Shown one piece after another: positions 11,249-21,739 of a stretch of DNA of 64,000 nt. The position numbers were made by a program, and so were the translations under genes. The DNA lies in NCBI GenBank assembly GCA_047284725.1, contig JBJBEO010000001.1:64001-128000 (forward strand), written 5' to 3'. The stretch comes from Synechococcus sp. (GTDB taxonomy: Bacteria > Cyanobacteriota > Cyanobacteriia > PCC-6307 > Cyanobiaceae). The notes under the pieces are model-generated. The model worked only from the letters and a program-made list of their open reading frames with translations. It ran no database searches and was not told the DNA's origin. Position 1 is the first letter of the stretch; every line of letters starts with the position of its first letter.

Positions 11249-11688
11249 GGCCGCGACGCGGACAGCATGCGTTGGGTTCCGTGAAGCAGGAGTGCGCTGC
11301 CGATCAACGGCAACCACGCCAGAAGGAGTTCCTGCATTAATGATGCCAAAGCGTCTGCCCCGTTCAAGGGCGAGGGCAAGGCCATGCCCAGGCTGCGCAC
11401 TCCGCAGATGGCTCCCACGAGGCCGGCTTGGAGGTGGGAGTCCTCGGGATCGACGCGTTCGAGATGGAAGGCCAGCAGGCCATAAAACAGTCCACAACCT
11501 GCAGAGCGCACGGCCAATTCAAGGCTGAACAGCAGACCAATCAAGGCGGCGGCAATCCCTGCCGTGAGGGCCCAGCCGATGGACCGCCAGCGCAGGTCGG
11601 CACGGGTCGGAGCGGTCTCGACCGTGGGGGTGCTGATGGTGTCGGGAAGCGGGGCGGCCAACGTCGGCGGCGGCTCAGGGGTGATCAT
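11245..11688 (-). CDS. Hypothetical membrane protein
   Basis: Several hydrophobic segments; its stop overlaps the SNF2 start; divergent from alaS. Confidence 0.65.
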   Translation of the reverse strand: MITPEPPPTLAAPLPDTISTPTVETAPTRADLRWRSIGWALTAGIAAALIGLLFSLELAVRSAGCGLFYGLLAFHLERVDPEDSHLQAGLVGAICGVRSLGMALPSPLNGADALASLMQELLLAWLPLIGSALLLHGTQRMLSASRP

Positions 11689-11723
11689 GGCTGCTGGACC
11701 CGACTTCGCCGCCCGACTTCGCC

Positions 11724-14402
11724 ATGGCTGTTGCACGATCGTCGCGCTCTGATGCAGCCCGTCCTCGCAGTGGTGCAGAGATCCGGGAGGCATTCCTGCG
11801 TTTCTTTGAGCAGCGCGGTCACCAGCGCATGGCCAGTGCCTCGCTGGTGCCGGACGACCCCACGGTGCTGCTCACCATCGCCGGCATGCTGCCGTTCAAG
11901 CCGATTTTTCTGGGTCAGCAGGAGCGTCCGGCCCCCTGTGCCACCAGCTCTCAGAAGTGCATCCGCACCAATGACATTGAAAACGTGGGACGGACGGCAC
12001 GTCACCACACGTTCTTCGAGATGCTCGGGAACTTTTCCTTTGGTGACTATTTCAAGGAGCAGGCGATCCAGTGGGCCTGGGAACTGAGCACCGGTGTGTT
12101 CGGCCTGGATCCCAAGCATCTGGTGGTGAGTGTCTTCCGTGAAGACGACGAGGCCGAGGCGATCTGGCGTGATGTGGTGGGGGTGAATCCCAGGCGAATC
12201 ATCCGCATGGATGAGGCCGACAACTTCTGGGCTTCCGGTCCCACGGGTCCCTGCGGTCCGTGCTCGGAGATCTATTACGACTTCAGGTCTGAGCTTGGCG
12301 ATGAGGGCATTGATCTGGAAGACGACGACCGTTTCATCGAGTTCTACAACCTGGTGTTCATGCAGTACAACCGCGACGCAGAGGGCACCCTCACGCCGCT
12401 GGAGAACCGCAACATCGACACCGGCATGGGCCTGGAACGGATGGCGCAGATCCTTCAGCAGGTCCCAAACAACTACGAGACCGATCTGATCTACCCACTG
12501 GTCACAACGGCCGCTGCTCTTGCCGGGGTCGACTACCAGCAACTCGATGATCGGGGTCAGACCAGCCTCAAAGTGATCGGCGACCACAGCCGAGCTGTCT
12601 GCCAGTTGATCTGCGATGGCGTCACCGCCAGCAACCTCGGACGGGGTTACATCCTGCGTCGTTTGCTGCGCCGGGTGGTGCGCCATGGGCGCTTGCTGGG
12701 CATCGACAAGCCGTTTCTGCCTGCGATGGGTGAAGCCTCGATCGCGTTGATGCAGGAGGCCTATCCCCAGCTGCTGGACCGCAAGGACGTGATCCTGGCG
12801 GAGCTGCAGCGGGAGGAGGCCCGCTTCCTGGAAACCCTGGAACGGGGCGAGAAGCTTCTCGCCGACGTGCTCGCCGCCAAGCCCAAACAGATTTCAGGCG
12901 CCCAGGCCTTTGAGCTGTACGACACCTACGGCTTCCCCCTGGAACTCACCCAGGAGATTGCTGAGGAGCATGGACTCAGTGTCGATCTGGCTGGCTTTGA
13001 AACGGCGATGGACGAGCAGCGCCAGCGGGCCAAGGCGGCGGCGGTGAGCATTGATCTCACGCTTCAGGATGCGATCGATCAGGTGGCCTCTGAGTTGGAA
13101 GCCACCAGTTTCCGGGGCTACGAGCTTCTGGAACACAGCAGCAGCGTGCAGGCTCTGGTGGTCAACGGTGAACCGGCAGCGCAGGCTGTCGCTGGTGATG
13201 CCGTGCAGGTGGTGCTCGACACCACGCCGTTTTATGGCGAAGGCGGAGGCCAGGTGGGCGATCGCGGAGTCCTCGTCGGCGATGGCCCCGATGGCCTCGG
13301 TTTGATTGTGGCGATCGACTCCGTGAGCCGCAATCGCAGTGTGTTCGTGCACAGCGGCCGCGTGGAGCGGGGCAGTTTGTCGATCGGCGACGTGGTGCAT
13401 GGTCAGGTGGATCGTGCCTGCCGCCGCCGTGCCCAGGCCAATCACACCGCCACACATCTGCTGCAGGCCGCGTTGAAGCAGGTGGTGGATCCGGGGATTG
13501 GTCAGGCTGGGTCATTGGTGGACTTCGAGCGGTTGCGCTTCGACTTCCATTGCCCGCGGGCCGTGAAGCAGGAAGAGCTGGAGCAGATCGAGGCGTTGAT
13601 CAACGGCTGGATCAGTGAGGCCCATGCCCTCGAGGTGCAGGAGATGGCGATCGAGCAGGCCAAGGCCGCTGGTGCCGTGGCGATGTTTGGCGAGAAATAC
13701 GCCGATGTGGTGAGGGTGGTGGATGTCCCTGGCGTGTCGATGGAGCTGTGCGGCGGCACCCATGTGGCCAACACCGCTGAGATCGGTTTGTTCAAGATCG
13801 TCTCGGAGGGTGGGGTCGCTGCTGGTATTCGCCGCATCGAAGCGGTGGCCGGTGGCGCTGTGCTCGCTTACCTGAATGAGCGGGATGGCGTTGTCAAGCA
13901 ACTGGGCGATCGCTTCAAGGCACAGCCCTCCGAGATCGTGGAGCGCGTGATCACACTGCAGGACGAACTCAAGGCCACGGCAAAGGCCCTTGCAGCGGTT
14001 CAGGCCGAGCTGGCCGTGGCCAAGTCAGCGGCTCTGGCCGCGAAGGCTGTGGCGGTCGGAGACTTCCAGTTGTTGGTGGAACGCCTGGATGGTGTGGATG
14101 GCAGTGGTCTTCAAGGCGCGGCACAAAACCTGGCTGACCAGCTGGGGGAGGGGGCTGCTGTGGTGATCGGGGGGCTGCCTGACCCCGCTGACCAGGGCAA
14201 GGTGATCCTTGTGGCGGCCTTTGGCAAGGCGGTGATCGCTGCCAAACTTCAAGCAGGCAAGTTCATTGGTGGAATCGCCAAGCTCTGCGGCGGCGGCGGT
14301 GGCGGGCGTCCCAACCTGGCTCAGGCCGGTGGACGGGATGGTGCTGCTCTGGATGGGGCACTCAAGATGGCGTCTGCTGAATTGAAGACAACGTTGAAAT
14401 GA
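11724..14402 (+). CDS. alaS: Alanine--tRNA ligase
   Basis: RHHTFFEMLGNFSFGDYFK, IDTGMGLER, NHTATHLL, ELCGGTH, GGGGG C-terminal domain. Confidence 0.98.
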   Translation: MAVARSSRSDAARPRSGAEIREAFLRFFEQRGHQRMASASLVPDDPTVLLTIAGMLPFKPIFLGQQERPAPCATSSQKCIRTNDIENVGRTARHHTFFEMLGNFSFGDYFKEQAIQWAWELSTGVFGLDPKHLVVSVFREDDEAEAIWRDVVGVNPRRIIRMDEADNFWASGPTGPCGPCSEIYYDFRSELGDEGIDLEDDDRFIEFYNLVFMQYNRDAEGTLTPLENRNIDTGMGLERMAQILQQVPNNYETDLIYPLVTTAAALAGVDYQQLDDRGQTSLKVIGDHSRAVCQLICDGVTASNLGRGYILRRLLRRVVRHGRLLGIDKPFLPAMGEASIALMQEAYPQLLDRKDVILAELQREEARFLETLERGEKLLADVLAAKPKQISGAQAFELYDTYGFPLELTQEIAEEHGLSVDLAGFETAMDEQRQRAKAAAVSIDLTLQDAIDQVASELEATSFRGYELLEHSSSVQALVVNGEPAAQAVAGDAVQVVLDTTPFYGEGGGQVGDRGVLVGDGPDGLGLIVAIDSVSRNRSVFVHSGRVERGSLSIGDVVHGQVDRACRRRAQANHTATHLLQAALKQVVDPGIGQAGSLVDFERLRFDFHCPRAVKQEELEQIEALINGWISEAHALEVQEMAIEQAKAAGAVAMFGEKYADVVRVVDVPGVSMELCGGTHVANTAEIGLFKIVSEGGVAAGIRRIEAVAGGAVLAYLNERDGVVKQLGDRFKAQPSEIVERVITLQDELKATAKALAAVQAELAVAKSAALAAKAVAVGDFQLLVERLDGVDGSGLQGAAQNLADQLGEGAAVVIGGLPDPADQGKVILVAAFGKAVIAAKLQAGKFIGGIAKLCGGGGGGRPNLAQAGGRDGAALDGALKMASAELKTTLK

Positions 14403-14621
14403 AGGTGGCTTGATCGTTGGCGTTGTGCTGTTGGAGACGTCTTTGATCCTCCGCGAAGGCATTGATCTGAGTTCGCTCACAAACAATCGCTTCTTTGCCA
14501 ACTTGAGGTATCAGGAGATGCATCGATCAGGTCTTGGTGTTGGCCATCAACAACGCATTCTCATGGAAACGTCATGCAATCTGCTGGCCTAATCTCTAGA
14601 GTCTGATTCATTCGCAAAGCG

Positions 14622-15791
14622 ATGATTTTGCCGATGAAATCGTTCGGGAAAATGTTGAGGTCAAGCCATGCTTTCCCTTGGTCTTTGACTTGTCTTTCGC
14701 TCAGCCTTTTGTTCGTTGGTTGTCGTCCTCAAGCGCAAGCTCCCCAGTCTTTGCCGCTGTATGCAGATGCGATTGTTAAGAAAGACTTTCGGCAGGTGGT
14801 GAATGCTGAAGGGATGATAGGAAATAATAATTATGTTCCCTTTAGGCCCTCACAAAGTGGCATTGTCACCCAAGTTTTGGTGAAGGCCGGCCAAAAGGTC
14901 AAGAAGGGCCAGGTCATGTTTGTTTTGGAACATGAGTCGCAACGTGCCGCACTTGATACCGCGAAGGCTAAAGCTCAGGAGGCAAAGATTGAAGCCTCTC
15001 GCTATCAGTTCTTGTACGCTGCCGGGGCGGCCACTCTCGAAGAAGCGGAACAGTACAGGATTACGGCCATCGCTCGACACAATGAATCGATCGATAAAAG
15101 AGTTCAATTGAGTCATCGATCCATCAAGGCACCTTTTGATGGTGTGATTGGAACTAATTTTGTTGTTAATGTCGGAACTTATATTCAATCAGGTGACATC
15201 TTGGGGGGGCTTGTTAATAACGATGAGCTTTTTGTTCAAATGAATGTCCCGGCAGCTCAGGCAGCATCCATTCAATTGGGTCAGGTTGTTCGGATTTATT
15301 CGGGAGGCTCGGATCGATCTATTGCCGAAGGACAAGTTGATTATGTAGCACCGTACTTTGATTCTGGCTCTGATGGTACTTCCCCTACCAATACATTAAC
15401 GGTTCAAGCCTCGTTTCCAAATGTCCAGGCAGGTCTGAAGCCTGGTGAGGTGTTGCGTTCTGAAATTCAAACGGGAGTTCGCCACCTGCCGGCAATTCCC
15501 ACGGCTGCAATCACCATGAAGGCTCAGCAAGCCTTTGTTTTCAAACTGGTTCCTGTTACCACCTTTCTTCGGTTGAACAATCTCGATGAAAAACAAAGCC
15601 AACCTCTCAAAGCATTGCCTTCTGAGTCGTTAATCGCTATGGAATCGCCTGTGACTTTAGGCGAGCTTCAGGAGAATCAATTCCCAGTCCTGAAAGGATT
15701 GGCGCCTGGCGATCAGGTGGCCATTAGCCAGACAAAAGTCTTGTTTACTGGAATGCCAGTGACAATTCTCCCTGATCTACCCTCCAACTAA
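14622..15791 (+). CDS. RND efflux periplasmic adaptor (membrane fusion protein), probable lipoprotein
   Basis: LLFVGC lipobox, lipoyl-like VKAGQKVKKGQ, IKAPFDGVIG and GLAPGDQV. Exact start uncertain. Confidence 0.88.
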   Translation: MILPMKSFGKMLRSSHAFPWSLTCLSLSLLFVGCRPQAQAPQSLPLYADAIVKKDFRQVVNAEGMIGNNNYVPFRPSQSGIVTQVLVKAGQKVKKGQVMFVLEHESQRAALDTAKAKAQEAKIEASRYQFLYAAGAATLEEAEQYRITAIARHNESIDKRVQLSHRSIKAPFDGVIGTNFVVNVGTYIQSGDILGGLVNNDELFVQMNVPAAQAASIQLGQVVRIYSGGSDRSIAEGQVDYVAPYFDSGSDGTSPTNTLTVQASFPNVQAGLKPGEVLRSEIQTGVRHLPAIPTAAITMKAQQAFVFKLVPVTTFLRLNNLDEKQSQPLKALPSESLIAMESPVTLGELQENQFPVLKGLAPGDQVAISQTKVLFTGMPVTILPDLPSN

Positions 15792-15795
15792 TCTG

Positions 15796-18700
15796 ATGTC
15801 GTTTGCAGATCCCTTTATCAAAAGGCCCGTCCTCACGAGTGTCTGCAGCATTGCTATTTTTATTGCCGGATTGGTTGTTGTCTCAGATCTGCCAATCGAA
15901 TTCGTGCCTGATGTTGCACCATCTCAGATCCGGATTTCTGCTGCTTTTCCTGGTGGTAATGCCAGCATCGTTGAGAAATCAGTGACGGATCAGCTGGAGG
16001 ATTTGCTTTCTGATACTCCAGGTGTTGATTATTTAGTATCAAATTCCACTGCAACTTCAAGTACGATACAGCTGTATTTAGAGCCAGGAATATCTGCAGA
16101 CACGGCTATGTTGGATGCGCAAAATCGCATTCAACAAGGGATTCAAAACCTGCCCCAGGCGACAAAGGATCAGGGTGTGAGTATTAGCCAGTCAACTGAC
16201 ACCACGCTCAGCAGCTATATGCTTACATCTGATCAAGGGCAATACAATTCGGCTTATCTGTCGTCGTTAATTGAGGGCAATCTAAAAAAACAGATTCAGC
16301 TGATTAATGGTGTTGGCACAGTCAGAATTTACCCTTCGGATTCCCGATTTCAGGTGTTTTTAGATCCTGATCTTCTGAAGTCCTACGATATTACAAGTGA
16401 AGAAGTTGCTCAGCGAATCCGATCACAAAATTTTCCCTCATCCGCTGGCAACGTCGGAGCATCCCTTCTCGGTGACGAAGCCTCCTACACGTATCCAGTC
16501 CTGGTGAAGGACGGTGGCTATATTCAGACCGTTGAGGAATTTGAAAATCTTGCGGTGAGAACGGCTCCTTCCGGAGCCCTGATCCGTGTGAAAGATATTG
16601 GCAAGGTTGAGTACATTGCAAGCCCGTCGGTCTCTCTGAAAACTCTGGATGGTTATCCAGCAAGCTTTATAGTCATCAATCAAAAATCAGGTAGTAATGC
16701 TGTGCAGGTGGCCAGCGATGTTGAGGAAGTGATTGCCGACTTTGAAAAAATTGCACCGCCTGGGATTCGAGTTTCACAGTTTGACGATAAAAAGTCCTTT
16801 GTGAATGAATCGATTGAAAACGTCTCCGACGCCCTCGGGCTGGCTGTCGTTTTGGTGTTGGTGACACTGTTGTTGTTTCTGAAAAATTGGCGAACAGTTC
16901 TGATCCCGGCTTTGGCTATTCCAGTGGCCATCGTGGGGACTTTTCTGTTCTTAGGCCTCTTTGGTTTCAGTCTGAACTTTCTCACTCTGACAGGTCTTGT
17001 TCTGGCGACAGGTTTAGTGGTTGATGATGCAATTCTTGTTGTTGAGTCGGTTTCTAAAAAGATCGAAGAGGGCATGCCCCCCAGGCAAGCTGCGTTGTCA
17101 ACAATGAATGAGCTTTCTGGTGCCGTTGTCTCAACATCACTTGTTTTAATCACGTTGTTTGTTCCAGTCACTTTGGTCGCTTCATCAGTTGGAAAAATTT
17201 ATCAGCAGTTTGCCATTACGATTATGGCTGCAATCGCAATTTCAACGTTTAATGCTTTAACATTTTCGCCAATGATGGCGGCCTTGATGCTCAGGTCGGG
17301 AAGTCAAATCAAACTATCTCGATGGCTGTCTGGCGCGGGTGGCTTGCTGACGGGTGCATTGTTTGGAGTGTTTACGCGTTCAAATTTTGGTGATTTGATT
17401 GTGCCAATTGCGATCGGTTTCTTTGGGGTTCTGGGGTTTTGTCTCGCCCAAGTGTTCCAGGTTTTTGAGTCCGGTTACACTGCTTTTGCGGTGAAATTTG
17501 CAGGTATTTCGAGTTTTTTGATTCGCAAAAATCGGCTTGTTACGGCTTGTTTGCTGCCAGCTTTCATCGTTACGATTGCTTTATTTGGTTCAATTCCTTC
17601 GGCTTTAATTCCCCAAGAAGACCAAAGTATTTTGACGGGTGGGACGCAGTTAGCCTCAGGTGCATCCCTCATGGAAACGGCCAAGGTTGCTGCCCAGGCA
17701 TCTTCTCTTTTGAGGCAAAAGCAGCAGTCGAAAGACTCTGCAATCAAGGATGCAGTGGTCATTGCAGGCCTTGGAGGTGCTGAACAATTGGGTTTTTATG
17801 CTTCGCTGAAGCCGCTTGAGGAGAGGCCCAATCCTTCGCAGGCTGCTGATGCACAGCAAAGAGCTCTCGGTGCGACCTTGTTGCCTCTCCCTACGGCACG
17901 CCCCGCATCTTTTTATCAGCCGCCAATGATCAATGTTGCGGCCAATACTCAGATTTCCATGTTGCTTGTTGACAAGAGCAACCGTGCATACACATTTGAA
18001 GAATTGAATGAATTTGCACGGCGCTTTCAAGAGTCGGCTCAGCGTGATCCTTTGATTGCCAGTATTTATACAATCTTTGCTCCGGATGCTCCTGCGTATG
18101 AGTTAACGGTCAATCGCTCGAAGCTTTCGTCTTTAGGTGTTGATTTCAATAAGGCGACGAGGGCATTGGCGGAGCTTGCCGGTGGCAGCAGGGTGAATCA
18201 AACCTCAATTCCTGGTGGTGTGAGAGATGTGCAACTGATTAGTGATTCAAGGGGAAGGCTCGACATCGATGATCTTCTGGATTACTCCGTGCGCTCAGCC
18301 AATGGCACTATGGTGAAAGTGAGGCAATTTACGGATGCTGAACTAATCAGTGCTCCTTCATCCATTGAGCATTTCAGCTTTAACCGCTCGGTTCGCTTCA
18401 TGATTCAGCCCGCACCTGGTGTCTCGCAGGGGCAGGTGATCGATCGCCTTGCTCAATTGTTCGCTGAGAATAACTTCAAGGATCTTGGCTATGCCTTTGA
18501 TGGTTTGGCCCGCACACAGGTTGAGTCTGGCGGGCAGGTCTTGATGCTGTTCGCCTTGGCTGGCCTGGCAGTGTTCTTTATTCTTTCGGCAACCTATGAG
18601 AGCTACATCACCGCCACGACAATTTTGCTCACAGCGCCTCTTGCCATCTTGGGAAGTCTGTTGTTTGTGAAAATGAGGGCAATGAATATCAATTTATTTT

Positions 18701-19062
18701 CACAAGTGGGATTGCTGATGCTGATTGGACTGGCGGCTAAAAACGCCATTCTTGTGGTGGAAATGGCGGATCAGGGCATGGCTCAAGGTTTGCAGGCAGC
18801 ACCAGCAGCGCTCCAGGCAGCTCAATCGAGACTGCGTCCGATCCTGATGACGTCCACGGCCTCTTTGGCTGGTTTCTTCCCTCTGGTGGTCGCAAGGAAT
18901 GCCGGAGCGAATGCGCAGCAATCGATCGGAACCGTTGTGTTCGGCGGTCTTCTCGTTGGAACGATCCTTTCCTTGGCTGTTGTTCCGTCTGTTTATGTGT
19001 TCATTAAAAATTGGGAGTCTCGTTGGTTCAACGCGCGTCGTGCCGCCAAGCCATCCTTGTGA
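15796..19062 (+). CDS. RND efflux permease, AcrB/HAE1 family
   Basis: FIKRP N-terminus; proton-relay motifs GLVVDDAILVVE, GLAAKNAILVVE and RLRPILMT are intact. Confidence 0.93.
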   Translation: MSFADPFIKRPVLTSVCSIAIFIAGLVVVSDLPIEFVPDVAPSQIRISAAFPGGNASIVEKSVTDQLEDLLSDTPGVDYLVSNSTATSSTIQLYLEPGISADTAMLDAQNRIQQGIQNLPQATKDQGVSISQSTDTTLSSYMLTSDQGQYNSAYLSSLIEGNLKKQIQLINGVGTVRIYPSDSRFQVFLDPDLLKSYDITSEEVAQRIRSQNFPSSAGNVGASLLGDEASYTYPVLVKDGGYIQTVEEFENLAVRTAPSGALIRVKDIGKVEYIASPSVSLKTLDGYPASFIVINQKSGSNAVQVASDVEEVIADFEKIAPPGIRVSQFDDKKSFVNESIENVSDALGLAVVLVLVTLLLFLKNWRTVLIPALAIPVAIVGTFLFLGLFGFSLNFLTLTGLVLATGLVVDDAILVVESVSKKIEEGMPPRQAALSTMNELSGAVVSTSLVLITLFVPVTLVASSVGKIYQQFAITIMAAIAISTFNALTFSPMMAALMLRSGSQIKLSRWLSGAGGLLTGALFGVFTRSNFGDLIVPIAIGFFGVLGFCLAQVFQVFESGYTAFAVKFAGISSFLIRKNRLVTACLLPAFIVTIALFGSIPSALIPQEDQSILTGGTQLASGASLMETAKVAAQASSLLRQKQQSKDSAIKDAVVIAGLGGAEQLGFYASLKPLEERPNPSQAADAQQRALGATLLPLPTARPASFYQPPMINVAANTQISMLLVDKSNRAYTFEELNEFARRFQESAQRDPLIASIYTIFAPDAPAYELTVNRSKLSSLGVDFNKATRALAELAGGSRVNQTSIPGGVRDVQLISDSRGRLDIDDLLDYSVRSANGTMVKVRQFTDAELISAPSSIEHFSFNRSVRFMIQPAPGVSQGQVIDRLAQLFAENNFKDLGYAFDGLARTQVESGGQVLMLFALAGLAVFFILSATYESYITATTILLTAPLAILGSLLFVKMRAMNINLFSQVGLLMLIGLAAKNAILVVEMADQGMAQGLQAAPAALQAAQSRLRPILMTSTASLAGFFPLVVARNAGANAQQSIGTVVFGGLLVGTILSLAVVPSVYVFIKNWESRWFNARRAAKPSL

Positions 19063-19120
19063 ATGTGATGTTGGTTCAGTTGTCCTTGAACAGGTCTTGC
19101 TTTGTCTTGGAGGTGTCGCT

Positions 19121-21100
19121 TCAGCTTTGCAGGTAGGTGCTTTGATTCAGGCTTTTTTCAAGATGATCCATTAAACGCCTGGCTTCACTGATTCGCAGCT
19201 GTCCGCTGTGAATCGCTTTCTCGCTGGCGATGCGCAAGCGTTCCAGTAATGCATCGGGATCATGCTCCATCATTTCCAGCACATCGGCGTTGGTGTCGCC
19301 ACGAACAACATGATCAACCTGGTACTCCCCGCCTGGTGCCAGTCGGATATGTGCGGAATCGGTGCTGCCGAACAAGTTGTGGAGGTTGCCCATCACTTCT
19401 TGATAGGCACCACCGAGGAACATCCCGATCAGGTAGGGCTCATCGGGCCTGAGTGGATGAAGCTCGAGCAGGGGTTTGTTCTGACCGTCATGGATGAATC
19501 GGTTCAGCTTCCCATCGGAATCGCACGTTAAATCGGCGAAGTGACCGAGACGAGTGGGTTGTTCGTTGAGACGATGCAAGGGCATCAACGGGAAGAGTTG
19601 CTGGATGGCCCAGGTGTCCGGGGCGGAGCGGAAAATGGACAGGTTGGCGTAGTAGGTCTCCGCCAAAACAGCCGGAAGTGTTTTCAGGTCATCGGGCAGT
19701 TTCGTCGCATCAGGGAGACGGTTGAGCAATGCCCTGGCGCACGCCCATGTGAGTTGTTCCGCCATGCTGCGTTCTTTCAAACTCAGATAGCCGAGTCGGA
19801 ATGCGGCTAAGGCATCCTCTTTGAACTTGAGTGCATCGTTCCAGGCTTCTTGCAGACGAGATGGTTCCGCCGACGCGTCCGTGGCTAAGCCTTCGATGCC
19901 TTGCAGGGTTTCGCGCAGATTGCGAACGATCAGGGGCTCATCCTGTTCAAGTCTGGGCGTGGGTTGCTGTAAGCCTCCGCAGCCGAGCACGTTGAACACC
20001 AGCACGGAGAAATGGCTGGCAATCGCACGACCGCTTTCGCTCACTAACGTTGGTACGGGAACGTTTCTTGACTCGCACCCTTCTTTCACCGTCGCAACCA
20101 CGTCGTTGGCGTAGTTCTGCAGGGAGTAGTTGGTGGAAGCGGCTGTGGCGGTACGGCTGCCGTCGTAGTCGATACCCAGGCCGCCACCCACATCGAGGTA
20201 GCCCATGGGGGCTCCGAGGTTGTGAAGCTCCACGTAGATGCGGGAGGCTTCCTGGAGCGCGTCTTTGACGACCGCAATGTCATTGATCTGGCTGCCCACA
20301 TGGAAATGGAGCAGACGCAGTTCGCTGAGAAGATCAGCCTCGTGGAGGGCTTCCACGGTGGAGAGGATCTCCGGCACTGGAAGGCCGAATTTGGCTTTGT
20401 CGCCCACAGAGCTGCCCCACCGCCCTGTGCTGCGGCTGGCCAGACGAGCGCGGATCCCGATCAGAGGCGCAGCCCCAAGGTCCCGGCTGGCTTCAATGAT
20501 CCTTGGTACCTCATCGGCCTGCTCGATCACCACCACAGGGCGTCGTCCCAGGCGCCTGGCAAGGATGGCGGTTTCGATGTAGCGCCGGTCTTTGTAGCCG
20601 TTGCAGATCAATAGCGCCTCAGGGTCGTCGATCAGTGACAGAGCAATCAGCAGTTCGGCTTTACTGCCTGCTTCCAAGCCGAAATGCCAGCGCTTGCCGC
20701 AGCTCACCAGCTCTTCCACCACGTGACGCTGCTGGTTGCACTTCACCGGGAAGACGCCCTGATAACGGCCGCTGTAGCCGTACTGGGTGATGGCCCGTTC
20801 GAAAGCGGCGTGGAGGCTTTCCAGTCGGTCTTCGAGAATGTCGTCGAAGCGGATCAGCAGGGGAAGGTTGAGGTTCCGGCCTTGGAGCCCTTCCACCAGT
20901 TGCATCAGATCAAGGCTGCCGCCGCGCTCTCCCCGTGGTTGAACACTCACATGGCCGCGCAGATTGATGGAGAAGTAAGGGTTCCCCCAGCGCTCGAGGC
21001 CATACAACTCAGCGCTGTCTTGAATGCTCCAGGCCGGCTTCGCAGCAGCAGATCTGGCGTTCGCCTCATGGCCCAGAGGGTTGGGGTTGGCGAGCACCAT
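19121..21100 (-). CDS. speA: Biosynthetic arginine decarboxylase
   Basis: FPVKCNQ PLP lysine, GLEAGSKAEL, HFHVGSQI, DLTCDSDG and GAYQEVMGNLHNLFG. Confidence 0.96.
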   Translation of the reverse strand: MVLANPNPLGHEANARSAAAKPAWSIQDSAELYGLERWGNPYFSINLRGHVSVQPRGERGGSLDLMQLVEGLQGRNLNLPLLIRFDDILEDRLESLHAAFERAITQYGYSGRYQGVFPVKCNQQRHVVEELVSCGKRWHFGLEAGSKAELLIALSLIDDPEALLICNGYKDRRYIETAILARRLGRRPVVVIEQADEVPRIIEASRDLGAAPLIGIRARLASRSTGRWGSSVGDKAKFGLPVPEILSTVEALHEADLLSELRLLHFHVGSQINDIAVVKDALQEASRIYVELHNLGAPMGYLDVGGGLGIDYDGSRTATAASTNYSLQNYANDVVATVKEGCESRNVPVPTLVSESGRAIASHFSVLVFNVLGCGGLQQPTPRLEQDEPLIVRNLRETLQGIEGLATDASAEPSRLQEAWNDALKFKEDALAAFRLGYLSLKERSMAEQLTWACARALLNRLPDATKLPDDLKTLPAVLAETYYANLSIFRSAPDTWAIQQLFPLMPLHRLNEQPTRLGHFADLTCDSDGKLNRFIHDGQNKPLLELHPLRPDEPYLIGMFLGGAYQEVMGNLHNLFGSTDSAHIRLAPGGEYQVDHVVRGDTNADVLEMMEHDPDALLERLRIASEKAIHSGQLRISEARRLMDHLEKSLNQSTYLQS

Positions 21101-21239
21101 GCGGTCTGACGTGCTGAGGACGTTGCGGCAAATCTAAGGAGCATGAATCCATGGAGCAGCAACACGTGCGGCGGTGCTGTGCTTGCCAAGGGGGAGGCTG
21201 AGCACGGAGCATGGCCCGGTTATCAGTGATGTCTTCTTC

Positions 21240-21698
21240 ATGGCCACCGAACGCACGTTCATCGCCATCAAGCCCGATGGTGTCCAGCGCGGGCTGGTGG
21301 GCGAGATCCTCGGCCGCTTTGAGCGCAAGGGTTTCAAGCTGGTGGGCTTGAAGCAGATCACCCCCAGCCGGGAGCTGGCTGAGCAGCACTACGGCGTGCA
21401 CAAGGAGCGTCCTTTCTTTGCGGGCCTGGTTGAGTTCATCACCTCTGGCCCTGTGGTGGCCATGGTCTGGGAGGGCGATGGCGTCATTGCCAGTGCCCGC
21501 AAACTGATCGGAGCCACCAAGCCTCTCGAGGCTGAGCCCGGAACGATTCGTGGTGATCTGGCGGTCAACATCGGTCGCAACGTGATTCACGGCTCCGATG
21601 CCGCCGAGACCGCCCAGTTCGAGATCGGTCTCTGGTTCCAGCCGTCTGAGCTCAATGCGTGGACCCCTTCCGATCAGGGCTGGCGCGTCGAGGCTTGA
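21240..21698 (+). CDS. ndk: Nucleoside diphosphate kinase
   Basis: [16 protein letters not shown] and RNVIHGSD. Start ATG 21240. Confidence 0.98.
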   Translation: MATERTFIAIKPDGVQRGLVGEILGRFERKGFKLVGLKQITPSRELAEQHYGVHKERPFFAGLVEFITSGPVVAMVWEGDGVIASARKLIGATKPLEAEPGTIRGDLAVNIGRNVIHGSDAAETAQFEIGLWFQPSELNAWTPSDQGWRVEA

Positions 21699-21739
21699 TC
21701 AGCCCCTGGGTGTCCCCGCTTGTTGTCAGGTGACACCTC

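Noticed and set aside
9752..11284. 510-aa plus-strand ORF antisense to SNF2
   Set aside because: Shadow ORF caused by high-GC codon bias; no recognisable motifs.
14403..14621. 60-aa ORF 14410..14592 between alaS and the MFP gene
   Set aside because: TTG start with no motif or RBS; more likely promoter or junction DNA.
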